Notes: a model not told the origin generated them from the letters alone. Positions 20,879 to 31,224 are shown, numbered from the stretch's first letter. The stretch: 64,000 bases of DNA from Nitrosopumilus sp. (GCA_965219345.1 OZ244732.1:384001-448000), one strand, 5' to 3'. Program-made: numbers and translations.

Positions 20879-21175
20879 ATGGGATTCATTGACTTGTTCC
20901 GCAAAAAGAAAAAACTAGAATCAACACCTGAACCAGCTAAGGAAGAACCAGCTAAGGAAGAACCAGCTAAGGAAGAACCAGCTAAGGAAGAACCAGCTAA
21001 GGAAGAACCAGCTAAGGAAGAACCAGCTAAGGAAGAACCAGCTAAGGAAGAACCAGCTAAGGAAGAACCAGCTAAGGAAGAACCAGCTAAGGAAGAACCA
21101 GCTAAGGAAGAACCAGCTAAGGAAGAACCAGCTAAGGAAGAACCAGCTAAGGAAGAACCAGCTAAGGAAGAATAA
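20879..21175 (+). CDS. Low-complexity (EPAKE)16 repeat protein
   Basis: MGFIDLFRKKKK leader followed by 16 perfect pentapeptides. Confidence 0.6.
   Translation: MGFIDLFRKKKKLESTPEPAKEEPAKEEPAKEEPAKEEPAKEEPAKEEPAKEEPAKEEPAKEEPAKEEPAKEEPAKEEPAKEEPAKEEPAKEEPAKEE
20930..21169 (+). repeat. Perfect 15-bp tandem repeat GAACCAGCTAAGGAA x16
   Basis: Directly visible; no spacers. Confidence 0.97.
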
Positions 21176-21306
21176 AACCAATAAATTAAACTATCTTTTT
21201 GTTTATCTGTGACAGTGCACCAAAACCGAATAAACAGTTTAAGACATTTTTGATCTCTAAATTGTGAATATAATCATCTAAAAATCAATGTTAAATAATA
21301 TGAGCC

Positions 21307-22190
21307 AACTTATCCCAATACACTCCAATACGTCATAATTGATGCCAAGCAAACAAATGCAAGATAGTTCTCTGAACGTCTTTCATATCTGATTCTGGTT
21401 CCGTGAAATCCATTTTTCAACCGCGCAAGGAATCTCTCTGCAACAGATCCTGTCTTGCCGTAATTGCTGTAACTGTTATTTTGTAAAATAAATTCGGAAT
21501 TACTCTTGCAGGGAATGCAACGTGTGATGCTGCTGTTTCTCGGATAATTCCCGATGCATCCTGCACCATATCCCCTGTCCGCATAAACTGAAACAATCTG
21601 ATTCGTCATGGAATTATCTGTAAAATCTGAAATTGGTTCTGTGACATCCACAAATTTTGCACTATCATGTTCATTTGCAGGACTAATTACAGCTGATTTG
21701 GCAAACTGTTTTGTTCCGCTACAACATGAATCTTTGTGCCCGTAATCCTTTTGAACCCGTCATATCCGGTCACATCCCCCCCCCCCTCTCCCTTTTTTTG
21801 GCAGAAACTAATGGGGAGTCAGCTGATATTTTTTGTAGATTGAGTTCGTTTGATTTATGAGCGGTTCTGATTATACATGACAGAGCCTTTTTCCAGATTC
21901 CCTTTTGCTGCCAAGAGTTTGATCTTCTGCTTGTCGTTGATCTAAAACCATATTTTTTTGGCATTTGGTTCCATCTGCATCGGTTATTGCAACAAACAAA
22001 ATTCCACTGATGATTTTTCTGTCATTACTTCCTGGACGGCCCGCAGGGATGGTTTTGGAACATGCTGTTTCATCACATCCCACTGCTTGTCAGTTAGTTC
22101 TTGAAACTGCATAAAATGGAATCAATTTTGTTTCGAATGGATCTAACTGATCCTTAAAAACTCACTAAATGATCAGTTTTGGGACAAGTT
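21307..22190 (-). mobile_element. Degenerate IS5-family element (IS427-like two-ORF type)
   Basis: Fragments GRP…NDRKIISGILFV, MPKKYG…WQQKGIW, VYADRGY…ERFLARLK…IRYER; ends AACTTATCCCAA / TTGGGACAAGTT (11/12 IR). Confidence 0.8.
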
Positions 22191-22599
22191 AATAGTTTCA
22201 GCATCTGCTAATCTATTTGATAAAGAAACAAGTTCGGGTGGCAGTGCAGAAGATGGCTATGATGGTAAAGCAATAGATGAAGAAACATTGGCATTACTTG
22301 GTTTTGATGACTGGCAAAAAGCGTTTAACAAAATAGGAGAATTTCCATGTACACATGAATTTTGTCGTAATCGTATAAAGACTATGGACAAATCAGAATA
22401 TACTCAATGGCAATGGTATATTGATTTACGTAAACATAATGTTTTAGCGTTAACAGATTGGATGAAAATGATTAGGGAATCAGTACAAAATGAGATGGCA
22501 GATTTATCTGTGAACAGAATAAGAAATTCTCCGTATGCTATACTTAATGAATTACTAGTTAAAAATTATGAAGATCCTACAGAAAATTTTGGACAATAA
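22191..22599 (+). pseudogene. C-terminal remnant of a protein cut by the IS5 element
   Basis: Reading frame of 22288..22599 appears open back to the IS end; no proper start. Confidence 0.4.
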
Positions 22600-22602
22600 A
22601 TA

Positions 22603-23056
22603 ATGACAAATAAGACATACGAAGTAGTTGACGGATATTATTCTTGGGAGCAAATAATTGCAACAGCACTAGAACATCCAGCTCATACGGATATTCTTGT
22701 TGAGTTTGATATGGTTCCAAAGATTCCATCTAATTTTAAAAAAATACATGCAGATAATGATGGGCAAAAAGATAACTATGGAATTAGTTTATCAGATAAA
22801 CGATGTATTCACATCAAAGTTTATGATAATTATTACAAAGTTCATTGGGACAAACGAAGCTCGTTAACAGATCCTTTGAGACAAACGAAGCTCGTTAACA
22901 GATCCTTTGGGACATCTGTATCATGATGCACCACACTGGTTTGTATTACTTGCTGTTGGTACGGTAGTAGGTCTTGGTGTAGGTACGTATTATGGATACA
23001 AAAAACTCAAAAAAATAAAATCAGAGTCTGAAGAATTACAAGAAACATATCTGTGA
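22603..23056 (+). pseudogene. Small archaeal membrane-anchored protein frameshifted by a 31-bp tandem duplication
   Basis: Removing one copy of 22849..22879 gives …[55 protein letters not shown]…ETYL* with a C-terminal TM helix. Confidence 0.7.
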
Positions 23057-23177
23057 TAACAAACTGAAACCATGTCCCGATCCTTGACACTAAGATTGAA
23101 CAGTGTAAAACCCAAGATAATAATATGAACAATTACTTTGTTACACTTAACAAGTATCTAAAATAACAGGCAAAATA

Positions 23178-23254
23178 TGGCGGGTCTAGAGGGATTCGGA
23201 CCCTCGACAACCGGATTAAGAGTCCGGTGCGCTACCTGGCTGCGCCATAGACCC
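23178..23254 (-). tRNA. tRNA-Lys(CTT), CCA encoded
   Basis: GGGTCTA…CCGGA CT CTT AA TCCGG…GAGGG TCCGAAT CCCTC TAGACCC G CCA; acceptor, anticodon and T stems pair. Confidence 0.95.
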
Positions 23255-23313
23255 ATCAAAATAAATTAGCCCAGAGTTGTTATTAATCTTAAGATTGTAA
23301 AATAAAGGAAAAT

Positions 23314-23916
23314 CTAGTTTTGTGCTTTTGCTTCAATTTCATTATACTTTTCAAGAATTGCTGTTAGTACAGTTGAAACTGGAACATCATTCATCTTTTT
23401 CTTTTCGACAAGGATCTTTTGGTATGCATCTAGTGTGATGTATACAGGAATTGAACCATTTCCTTCAAGTAGACCTCTGACGTTGTAAAGAGCAGTCTCC
23501 ATGCCTTTCTCAGCAGATTTTGCAAATTTTGCCTTATCCAAAATTGCTCCTAGTGGACCAAATGGCATCGCATAATCTACTGACATGGTTATTCTAGTGA
23601 GATTATCACCTAATGCTTTGAATTCATTGGTAATTTGCCATTTTTTAAAAGGACCTTCAATTTGTTTTGCAGAGATTCTTTCGTTTTTAATAAATTCAGT
23701 TGTTTCACAATCCCATTCTAGACGTTTACCGCCAAAGTCACCAATAATTCTAAAAGTTGTACCCACACCCATTCCTTCTTTGATATCCATAGGAACAACT
23801 GTCATGCCCACTACATCAGTTTTAATCTGGTCAGAGATGTGTTCAGGTCTTGCAAAATAGGTAAAAACATTCTCTACTGGTGTTTTGATATCAATAGACT
23901 TTGTAACTAAGGTCAC
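23314..23916 (-). CDS. SRPBCC (polyketide cyclase/START-like) protein
   Basis: VTKSIDIKTPVENVFTY…GVGTTF…QIEGPFKKW…TRITMSVDY. Confidence 0.8.
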   Translation of the reverse strand: MTLVTKSIDIKTPVENVFTYFARPEHISDQIKTDVVGMTVVPMDIKEGMGVGTTFRIIGDFGGKRLEWDCETTEFIKNERISAKQIEGPFKKWQITNEFKALGDNLTRITMSVDYAMPFGPLGAILDKAKFAKSAEKGMETALYNVRGLLEGNGSIPVYITLDAYQKILVEKKKMNDVPVSTVLTAILEKYNEIEAKAQN

Positions 23917-24012
23917 GACTAAATTTCTCGTCGTTTAGGATTTAAAGGTTTTGAAGATTTTCGTAAAGAAATTGATTTACAATATATTTATCCATTTTCT
24001 ATGACAATCTAA

Positions 24013-24534
24013 ATGTCTAAAAGGCGATCAGTTTTTTTGATCTTTGTTTTACTATCATCTGTCTCAATATTTGATTATGCTTATGCTCATTCAATGTTTA
24101 ATTCTGCTGAGAAATTTGAAGTAGGATATAGAGTACAAGTAGCTACAGCACCAGAGTTTCCGCAAATTGGAGAACCTTCTCAATTCAGAGTAAAAGTAAC
24201 TGAAGGGTTTGACTATGAAGAAGTAGATAGATTTACAATGGGAGTACGAATTTTCTTTAATGATCAACAAGTAGATACAATACCTGTAACACACATAGAA
24301 GGATCTCATTGGGATTTTGATTATGTATGGAAAACTCAAGGAAATCATATTGTATTGATTGATTTGTACAATATTGGAGAAAATCAAGGAATTGTAACTT
24401 ATACATTTAACATGGGAACACAAAATCCGTTTGGATACATCTTCTTTACTGCAATAACTGCAGGTGCTATGGGTCTAGTAATAGTTGTTGGAATTGTTTA
24501 CTTGCCAAAAAAATTTAAAAGATTTAGATTTTAG
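24013..24534 (+). CDS. Exported protein with C-terminal membrane anchor
   Basis: Signal peptide ending AYAH; C-terminal TM helix followed by basic tail. Confidence 0.7.
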   Translation: MSKRRSVFLIFVLLSSVSIFDYAYAHSMFNSAEKFEVGYRVQVATAPEFPQIGEPSQFRVKVTEGFDYEEVDRFTMGVRIFFNDQQVDTIPVTHIEGSHWDFDYVWKTQGNHIVLIDLYNIGENQGIVTYTFNMGTQNPFGYIFFTAITAGAMGLVIVVGIVYLPKKFKRFRF

Positions 24535-24967
24535 ACTCCATGGGAATTCTAGAGATTCTAAATGCAAATAATGTAGTTAACAACACCATTGCAAATAACA
24601 ATATTCCAATTCCCAAATGAACTGCAACTAAAACCGCATGTAGTTTCAGATCAATTACCAAGGCACCAAGAGTGATTTGAGTAATAACAAATACAGTTGC
24701 AAGTGAGCTTGTTACTTTGATCTTCAAGTCAGCATTCTTGTTAATTAGACAGGCAACCATAGTTGCAATTACTAATGCTCCAGTAGTTGCTGCAACTAGC
24801 CTATGAGTCCATTCAATTAGATATTCCTCAGCAGGTAACACCCCACTTGGGCATAATGGCCACTCAGGACAAGTCAGACCAAGTCCAGCTGCGGAGATAT
24901 ATCCTCCAATAAACATTAGAGAATACAAAACAATCATTGTTACTAATGCAAGATACTGGATTGCCAA
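24524..24967 (-). CDS. ctaA: Heme A synthase (CtaA/COX15-like, short type)
   Basis: GLTCPEWPLC…EWTHRL…VHL; downstream of the cox genes. Confidence 0.85.
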   Translation of the reverse strand: MAIQYLALVTMIVLYSLMFIGGYISAAGLGLTCPEWPLCPSGVLPAEEYLIEWTHRLVAATTGALVIATMVACLINKNADLKIKVTSSLATVFVITQITLGALVIDLKLHAVLVAVHLGIGILLFAMVLLTTLFAFRISRIPMESKI

Positions 24968-24969
24968 AA

Positions 24970-25572
24970 CTATTCCACAATAAAGCTACCCTGCATGCCT
25001 TGTAATGCATGTCCTGGAATAGTACAGATGTAGTAATAAGCTCCCGGGGCACCAGCAGTGAAAGTAGTACTATCGCCTTCACCTGGCTTCAGAGGATTGG
25101 ACATGGTAGCAATTGCAGAGTCCCAAATTACACTGTTAAAGTCTTCAGGGTTTGAAACAACTCCAAATGAATGAAATGATTTACCCATGTTATTGGTAGT
25201 AATGGTGACATCATCACCAGAATTAACTCGGATTTCTGGATTATGACCATCCTCACCGGGTAATGCATTAAATGCCAAAGTCCTAAAGTCATCAGACTCT
25301 ACAAAGTCCAAAGTAAATTCATGAGATACGCCTGTTGGAGCTGCCGCTGTTCCTGAAGACCCAGCTGGTGCAGCATGATCGTCTTCTCCTGCCATCATTG
25401 CAACAACTGGAGCAGGTTCTGAAATCCAATAGTCCCACATTGCAAAGAATATCACTCCGCCAACAATACAAATACCCAACATTATGGCCAGCATCTTTCC
25501 AGTTCTGGATGCAGAAGTTCTGTATACTGGATGTGCTGGTTCGTTTGCTGGGTGTTCTGTTTCGTTACTCAT
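24970..25572 (-). CDS. Membrane-anchored blue (type 1) copper protein
   Basis: HSF…YYYICTIPGHALQGM copper ligands; N-terminal TM helix. Confidence 0.9.
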   Translation of the reverse strand: MSNETEHPANEPAHPVYRTSASRTGKMLAIMLGICIVGGVIFFAMWDYWISEPAPVVAMMAGEDDHAAPAGSSGTAAAPTGVSHEFTLDFVESDDFRTLAFNALPGEDGHNPEIRVNSGDDVTITTNNMGKSFHSFGVVSNPEDFNSVIWDSAIATMSNPLKPGEGDSTTFTAGAPGAYYYICTIPGHALQGMQGSFIVE

Positions 25573-25581
25573 TTTTTTATC

Positions 25582-27108
25582 CTAATGATGTGGGTTCTTC
25601 GACTCGAACGGATAGTAGTACTTTCCACCTAGACCGAATGGGTCCTCGGTATTTGCAAGTTTTCCTTTTGCTGAACTGTAAATCATGTTGTACAGGAATA
25701 TTGCCATACTGACGCCAATAATCATTGCACCAACAGATGCAATCTGATTCATGGCAATCCATTCTGGGATTGGCGGATAATCGTAAATTCTCCTTGGCAT
25801 GCCATACAAACCAAGTACGTGTTGTGTAAAGAATACCAATATTGTGCCTACAAATGACAGGAAAAAGTGTACCTTACCCATAGTTTCATTGTACATTCTG
25901 CCCGTGACATATGGGAACATGTAGTAGAGATAACCAATTGAACCAAATGCAATAGTACCCATTACAAAGAGGTGGAAGTGACCGACTACCCAGTATGAAT
26001 CATGTGTTGAAAAGTCTAATGGCATTGCGCTGTTAACTACACCACCTGCACCCGCAGCGAAGAACAATGCGATTCCTCCAACTGCCCACATCATTGGTGT
26101 TGAGAATTTAATTCTGCCATTCCACATTGTTGCAATAAAGTTGAATACGTGCATGGCAGATGCTGGAACAGCTGCAAGAGTTCCTACCATAAAGACCGTT
26201 TTTTCGGTAAATGACATTCCTGTTGCAAACATGTGATGTGCCCATGATGAGAAAGATACTAGCGATAACATTACAAACGCAAAGACTCCAGAGTTGTAGC
26301 TGAAGATTGGCTTTCTTGAGAATCTTGGAATGATTTCATACATCATGCCAATAGCTGGAATTACCAAGACGTATACCTCTGGATGGAATGTAAACCAGAA
26401 CAAGTGTGAATATGCGATTGGATCACCGCCCATTGCAGGATTAAAAAATCCACTAACACCTAGTCTGTCAGTTAGAAGCATCAAGAGTGCTGCTGCAAAT
26501 GTTGGAATTGCAACAATGATAATCAAAGATGTTGCCAAAAATGACCAAGCTAAAAGTGGAACTTGGCCAATTGACATGTCTGGATGCTTACATTTGAGAA
26601 TTGTAACTACAAAGTTGACGGCACCAAGTACTGATGAAACACCCAAAATCTTTAGTCCAAATATCCACATGTCAGCTGCTGGACCTGGAGCACTAATGAT
26701 AGAGTATGGCGGTTGTGCGTACCAGGTAAAGTCTGCAAAGCCTAACCAGACCAGCGCAGCAGCAGGCGGAATCATCCAAAACGCAATTGCGTTAAGTTTT
26801 GGATATGCCATATCCTTGTATCTAACCATTATTGGAACAAAGTAATTACCAACTGCAGATGCAAAAGGAATGATAAACAAGAAGATCAGTGTTGTGCCAT
26901 GAACAGTAAAGATTCTGTTAAAGGTCATAGAATCAGCAATGATTTGTGTGCCAGGCAAGAACAACTCAGCTCTGATAGCAAGTGCTAATGTGCCACCTAA
27001 GAACAAGAATGCTAGCGAGGAGATAAGATAGAGTAAACCAATATCAGTGTGATGTGTCGAGAACATGATTTGCCAGATTGGACGTGGCTTTTGTAATTCT
27101 AGGACCAT
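25582..27108 (-). CDS. coxA: Heme-copper terminal oxidase subunit I
   Basis: FTVHG, WFTFHPEVY, WAHHMF, GHFH, GMPRR. Confidence 0.97.
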   Translation of the reverse strand: MVLELQKPRPIWQIMFSTHHTDIGLLYLISSLAFLFLGGTLALAIRAELFLPGTQIIADSMTFNRIFTVHGTTLIFLFIIPFASAVGNYFVPIMVRYKDMAYPKLNAIAFWMIPPAAALVWLGFADFTWYAQPPYSIISAPGPAADMWIFGLKILGVSSVLGAVNFVVTILKCKHPDMSIGQVPLLAWSFLATSLIIIVAIPTFAAALLMLLTDRLGVSGFFNPAMGGDPIAYSHLFWFTFHPEVYVLVIPAIGMMYEIIPRFSRKPIFSYNSGVFAFVMLSLVSFSSWAHHMFATGMSFTEKTVFMVGTLAAVPASAMHVFNFIATMWNGRIKFSTPMMWAVGGIALFFAAGAGGVVNSAMPLDFSTHDSYWVVGHFHLFVMGTIAFGSIGYLYYMFPYVTGRMYNETMGKVHFFLSFVGTILVFFTQHVLGLYGMPRRIYDYPPIPEWIAMNQIASVGAMIIGVSMAIFLYNMIYSSAKGKLANTEDPFGLGGKYYYPFESKNPHH

Positions 27109-27157
27109 TAGTTAATCTCCTCATTTTGAATGCTAGGAAGTTGTGATAATAATGTTA

Positions 27158-27589
27158 TCAAGCTGACGGTTCCTCCACATATAGTGTTCCGCGCATGTTA
27201 TAATGAATCAGTCCACAGTATTCTCTGCATTGGATATCATGTTCTCCCACTGCATCTGGAGCAAACCATACAACATTGACTCTTCCTGGAATTGCGTCAA
27301 GTAAAACAACATAATCATGAATATTAAAAGAGTGGATTACGTCTTTTGACATAATCTCAAACTTGTATGCCTTTCCGACTTCAACATGTAGTTCGCCGAT
27401 TTCTTTGGTTCCATCTTCATGTTCAAAAGTCCAGAACCATTGTTGTCCAGTTACTTTGATTACTTCAGCACCTTCAGGAACGTGTTCCACAAGTCTCTCT
27501 GCTTCCCATGCTTCTGCTCCAACCCATGCCATTAATGCAATTACAACAGCAACGTAAATCCATTCAGGATAATTAGAGTGTCCACTCAT
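27158..27589 (-). CDS. coxB: Heme-copper oxidase subunit II (CuA domain)
   Basis: GQQWFW…DVIHSF…CREYCGLIHYNM. Confidence 0.95.
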   Translation of the reverse strand: MSGHSNYPEWIYVAVVIALMAWVGAEAWEAERLVEHVPEGAEVIKVTGQQWFWTFEHEDGTKEIGELHVEVGKAYKFEIMSKDVIHSFNIHDYVVLLDAIPGRVNVVWFAPDAVGEHDIQCREYCGLIHYNMRGTLYVEEPSA

Positions 27590-27591
27590 TC

Positions 27592-27852
27592 CTACCAGTC
27601 AGTTCCCTCATATGCAGTTGGTTTTGCTTTTGGGTGAGATTCTCTAAATCTCCAGACTAACCAGATCATTGTTCCTGCGACTACTGCACCAACTGTGAAC
27701 GCAACAGTCATCATTCTAAAGAACAAGTTCCAGATAATTACTCTGCGATCAAGATATTCCCCAGGTTCGTCACCCGCAGCAAATGCCAAGTCTACTGCCG
27801 GAATTATAACTAAAACTGCCAATACTAAGAGTAATTTGACCATCCCTTTCAT
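27592..27852 (-). CDS. Small membrane protein of the cox operon (subunit II TM-like)
   Basis: Two hydrophobic segments, …LVWRFRE; first gene of the cox run. Confidence 0.7.
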   Translation of the reverse strand: MKGMVKLLLVLAVLVIIPAVDLAFAAGDEPGEYLDRRVIIWNLFFRMMTVAFTVGAVVAGTMIWLVWRFRESHPKAKPTAYEGTDW

Positions 27853-27908
27853 TAGCGATTGACTGACGAAACCTATTTTTTCTATTTAAGGGTTTTCAAG
27901 ATTACAAA

Positions 27909-28532
27909 CTACCAACCATGATCGAAACGTGATGGATCCATTACATTAATTCCTGAAAGTGAATATTTTCTATCCTTTTCTCGAAAGATGTTAAGGGAGG
28001 CATTTGCTATTATTAGTTCATAGAGATTGGTAGGAGATAGATCAACAATAGTTGAAAGCATTGCTTTGATTGGGTCCATGTGAGTTACAAGCAATACGTT
28101 CTCATCAGGATGTTTTTCAATAATGTGATCAGTAATCCCTAGAATTCGTTTTTTAACATCGGGAAAAGTTTCTACTCCATTGTGAGCAATCTCAAGTTCG
28201 CCATTATAGAATTTCATAAAGACATTACCGTGACTTTGAAAAATCTCATCATATGGCATTCCAGTAAATTTTCCCATATCAAGTTCATTAAGACGATCAT
28301 CAACCGTAACATCAAGTGAGTTATGTTTTCCAGCAATTTCTGCAGTATGCTTTGCTCTTTCTATTGGGCTTGAATAAATTGCAGAGACATTCATGCGTTC
28401 AAGTAATGTAGCAGTATGTTCAGCTTGTTTTATTCCAGTATCGGTTAATGGGACACCTTCAGTTCTGCCGGCTAAAATTCTTTCAGTGTTATTTTTTGCC
28501 TGACCATGTCTAAGGAAAATCAATTGTCCCAA
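27909..28532 (-). CDS. Histidine phosphatase (phosphoglycerate mutase family)
   Basis: LRHGQ, YSSPIERA, VTH. Confidence 0.9.
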   Translation of the reverse strand: MGQLIFLRHGQAKNNTERILAGRTEGVPLTDTGIKQAEHTATLLERMNVSAIYSSPIERAKHTAEIAGKHNSLDVTVDDRLNELDMGKFTGMPYDEIFQSHGNVFMKFYNGELEIAHNGVETFPDVKKRILGITDHIIEKHPDENVLLVTHMDPIKAMLSTIVDLSPTNLYELIIANASLNIFREKDRKYSLSGINVMDPSRFDHGW

Positions 28533-28583
28533 TTTGATCGAACTTCAAATAGAGATAATAATAACATTATCAGATAGATAATT

Positions 28584-29255
28584 ATGAAAGTAGGAATTAT
28601 TGGTGGAACTGGCGGAATGGGTAAAGGTTTTGCTCTAAGATGGTCACAAAACCACGATGTAATTGTTGGTTCCAGAGATGCTTCAAGAGCATCTAATTCG
28701 GCAGTAGAATACACCAGTCTTGCAAAGGAGGCATTTGGGGAAATAAAGGGAACAATTTCTGGGAGTGATAATCTTTCAGTTGCAAAAGAGAGTGATGTTT
28801 TGATTTTATCAATCCCATATGATAATATTGATTCAACATGTTCTGGAATATTACCTGAGATCAAAGATAGTTGTGTTGTTGTGTCTCCAATTGTTCCAAT
28901 GACAAAAACAGATGTTGGATTTGAATGTGTGGCAATTAAGGAAAATAAACCATTTTCATATGAACTAGTATCAAACCACATGAAGGACAAATCAAAACTT
29001 GTTTCAGCATTTCATGTGATTTCTGAAAAAAAGTTAGTCAATCCTACATTGGAACTTGATTATGACATCTTTGTATGTGGAGATGATGATGCATCAGTTC
29101 AGGTGGTTAATGGATTGATTAGTGAGATTAAAGGACTAAGACCAGTTTACTTGGGTCCGGTAGAACTATCTTATTTTGCAGAAATGTCTACGCCACTTCT
29201 CCTGAATGCAATGATAAAAAACAAGATAAAAAATCCCGGCATTAAGATTGTCTAA
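28584..29255 (+). CDS. npdG: NADPH-dependent F420 reductase
   Basis: KVGIIGGTGGMGKGFALRW…VGSRD…VSAFH…VCGDD. Confidence 0.88.
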   Translation: MKVGIIGGTGGMGKGFALRWSQNHDVIVGSRDASRASNSAVEYTSLAKEAFGEIKGTISGSDNLSVAKESDVLILSIPYDNIDSTCSGILPEIKDSCVVVSPIVPMTKTDVGFECVAIKENKPFSYELVSNHMKDKSKLVSAFHVISEKKLVNPTLELDYDIFVCGDDDASVQVVNGLISEIKGLRPVYLGPVELSYFAEMSTPLLLNAMIKNKIKNPGIKIV

Positions 29256-29275
29256 TTCTGTTTTTTTCATTAATC

Positions 29276-29509
29276 ATGAGTAACGAATACTATAGACGAG
29301 GCAGAAATTGGTTTACAGCAATTGGTACGCTTTTTTCCGTAATGGCAGGAATAGTTCTAATCAGGCAGCTATTCATCTGGGGACCGGAATTTGTTGAAGA
29401 TTTTTTGCTTAATGGAGAAATAACAAATGAAAAAGTTTCAATGGCAATGTTAGGCTTTGGGGTTTTTATGATAGCATTAGGATTTAGAAAACATGAACAA
29501 AAGGGATGA
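29276..29509 (+). CDS. Small two-TM membrane protein
   Basis: Two hydrophobic helices; co-oriented between npdG and the PNPOx-like gene. Confidence 0.7.
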   Translation: MSNEYYRRGRNWFTAIGTLFSVMAGIVLIRQLFIWGPEFVEDFLLNGEITNEKVSMAMLGFGVFMIALGFRKHEQKG

Positions 29510-29894
29510 ATTTCTAAAATCACAAAAAGTATTACGGCTTGCAACAATTGGCAAAAATAAAACCCCACATATTGCTCCTGTTTGGTATCTGTATAGTGGA
29601 AAAAATATCTACATAGGAACAAACACGAGTACAAATAAGGCAAAAAATGCAAAAAGTAACAAACGCGTTGCCTTTTGTGTTGATGCAGGGGTTAATGCAC
29701 CGAACATTTACGGAGTGATGGGACAAGGCAGTGCCAATTTAATTTTAGAAAACAACAAAGTAAAAACAATTGCAAAAAAAATTCTTTTAAGATACTTTAA
29801 GACACTTGAAAACAAATCTGCGAAAGAATTACTAGAGGATACCGACTGTATTATAGAAATAATTCCTGAAAAATTTTCAGTTTGGAGTTACTGA
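29493..29894 (+). CDS. Pyridoxamine 5'-phosphate oxidase-like (possibly F420-binding) protein
   Basis: LRLATIGKNKTPHIAPVWY…KAKNAKSNKRVAFCVD. Confidence 0.85.
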   Translation: MNKRDEFLKSQKVLRLATIGKNKTPHIAPVWYLYSGKNIYIGTNTSTNKAKNAKSNKRVAFCVDAGVNAPNIYGVMGQGSANLILENNKVKTIAKKILLRYFKTLENKSAKELLEDTDCIIEIIPEKFSVWSY

Positions 29895-31063
29895 CTAACA
29901 AAATCTTCAATTTTGTTCATTGCAGAATCCAATATCTCAAGACTAGGAAGATAGACAAGTCTGAAATGTCCGCTTCCGTATTGTTTGCCAAATCCAGAAC
30001 CGTGAACTGTCAATACACCTTTTGTTTCTAGAAGTTTTGTAACAAATTCTTTATCTGTACCAAATCTGTCATCTTCAATCTTTGGAAATGCATAAAATGC
30101 ACCTTGCGGGTTGGAACAAGAAATTCCGGGCATTTCATTTAGACGTTTTACGACCAAGTCTCTACGTTTTTTGATTTCAGAAACAAAGCTGTTGATGTAA
30201 TCTTGAGGACCGCGAAGTGATTCCAAAGCTGCATGTTGTACCGGATGACTCGTTGCAATCCTAACTCTTGCCAATTTTGGAAGATGTTCTCTGATTGCTT
30301 CAAGTTGTGGTGATCGGTTAAACGCAATGTATCCAATTCTCCAGCCAGACATGAGATGAACTTTTGAGAATCCATTTAGAACAATTACAGGTGAATCTCC
30401 AGCAACTTTACCAATTCCCACAAACTTTTCATCAAAAATAATTTGATCATAAATTTCATCGCATATTATGTAGAGATTATGTTGGTTTGCAATGTCTACT
30501 AATTCTTTGAGTGAATTTTCATCAAACACCACACCAGTAGGGTTGTTTGGACTAATCAAACAGATTGCAACTGTCTTTGAAGTGATTTTGGATTTAATGT
30601 CATCAATACCAGGTGTAGAATTATTCAAGTCTACTGCAAATTCTACAGGAGTTCCACCATGCAGTCTTACATATGATGCATATGGTGGATAATATGGTCC
30701 TGGTAAAAGTACCTCATCACCATCTTCTACAATTGAGGAGATCACCATATCAAGTCCTTCAGAGACACCATTAGTAACTAGAATTTCTTCAGCTGAAATT
30801 GATAGTCCTTTAGCATTTTCTTTTTTAGCAATCTCTTCTCTCAATTCCAAAAGACCTTCTGATGGAGAGTAATAGTTTTCTCCTTTGTTAATTGCATCAA
30901 TCAAAGCTTGTTTTACATTATCAGGCGGTTGAAAACCAAACTGTACAGGATCACCAATGTTGAGATAATCAACTTGCATTCCTTTTTGTTCCACTTTTTT
31001 TGCAGCCAAAACGATATCTCTAATCGCATATTCAACACCAGTTACTTTTTTTGACACTTTCAA
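29888..31063 (-). CDS. PLP-dependent aminotransferase class I/II
   Basis: LNIGDP, SPNNPTG, DEIY, FSKVHLMSGWRIG; start moved to TTG 31063 because the longer call overlaps a tRNA. Confidence 0.92.
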   Translation of the reverse strand: MKVSKKVTGVEYAIRDIVLAAKKVEQKGMQVDYLNIGDPVQFGFQPPDNVKQALIDAINKGENYYSPSEGLLELREEIAKKENAKGLSISAEEILVTNGVSEGLDMVISSIVEDGDEVLLPGPYYPPYASYVRLHGGTPVEFAVDLNNSTPGIDDIKSKITSKTVAICLISPNNPTGVVFDENSLKELVDIANQHNLYIICDEIYDQIIFDEKFVGIGKVAGDSPVIVLNGFSKVHLMSGWRIGYIAFNRSPQLEAIREHLPKLARVRIATSHPVQHAALESLRGPQDYINSFVSEIKKRRDLVVKRLNEMPGISCSNPQGAFYAFPKIEDDRFGTDKEFVTKLLETKGVLTVHGSGFGKQYGSGHFRLVYLPSLEILDSAMNKIEDFVSQ

Positions 31064-31107
31064 AGTATCTAGACAGATATTTAGACCTGTTAAAATCTTA
31101 CTTCTTT

Positions 31108-31182
31108 GGACTCGTTGCACAGTCTGGATAGTGCGAGCGGCTTCGGACCGCTAGGTCGAGGGATCGAAGCCCTCCGAGTCCT
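31108..31182 (+). tRNA. tRNA-Arg(TCG)
   Basis: GGACTCG…AGCGG CT TCG GA CCGCT…GAGGG ATCGAAG CCCTC CGAGTCC; all stems pair. Confidence 0.92.
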
Positions 31183-31224
31183 TTAGATTATCTTATTAGG
31201 TAAATAATTTGTCACTATGATGAA

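Noticed and set aside
20921-21181. (FFLSW)n ORF on the minus strand, or the 15-bp array as a CRISPR
   Set aside because: Antisense shadow of the EPAKE repeat; the array has no spacers.
31064-31120. N-terminal extension of the aminotransferase in the ORF track
   Set aside because: Overlaps tRNA-Arg(TCG); TTG at 31063 gives a normal start.
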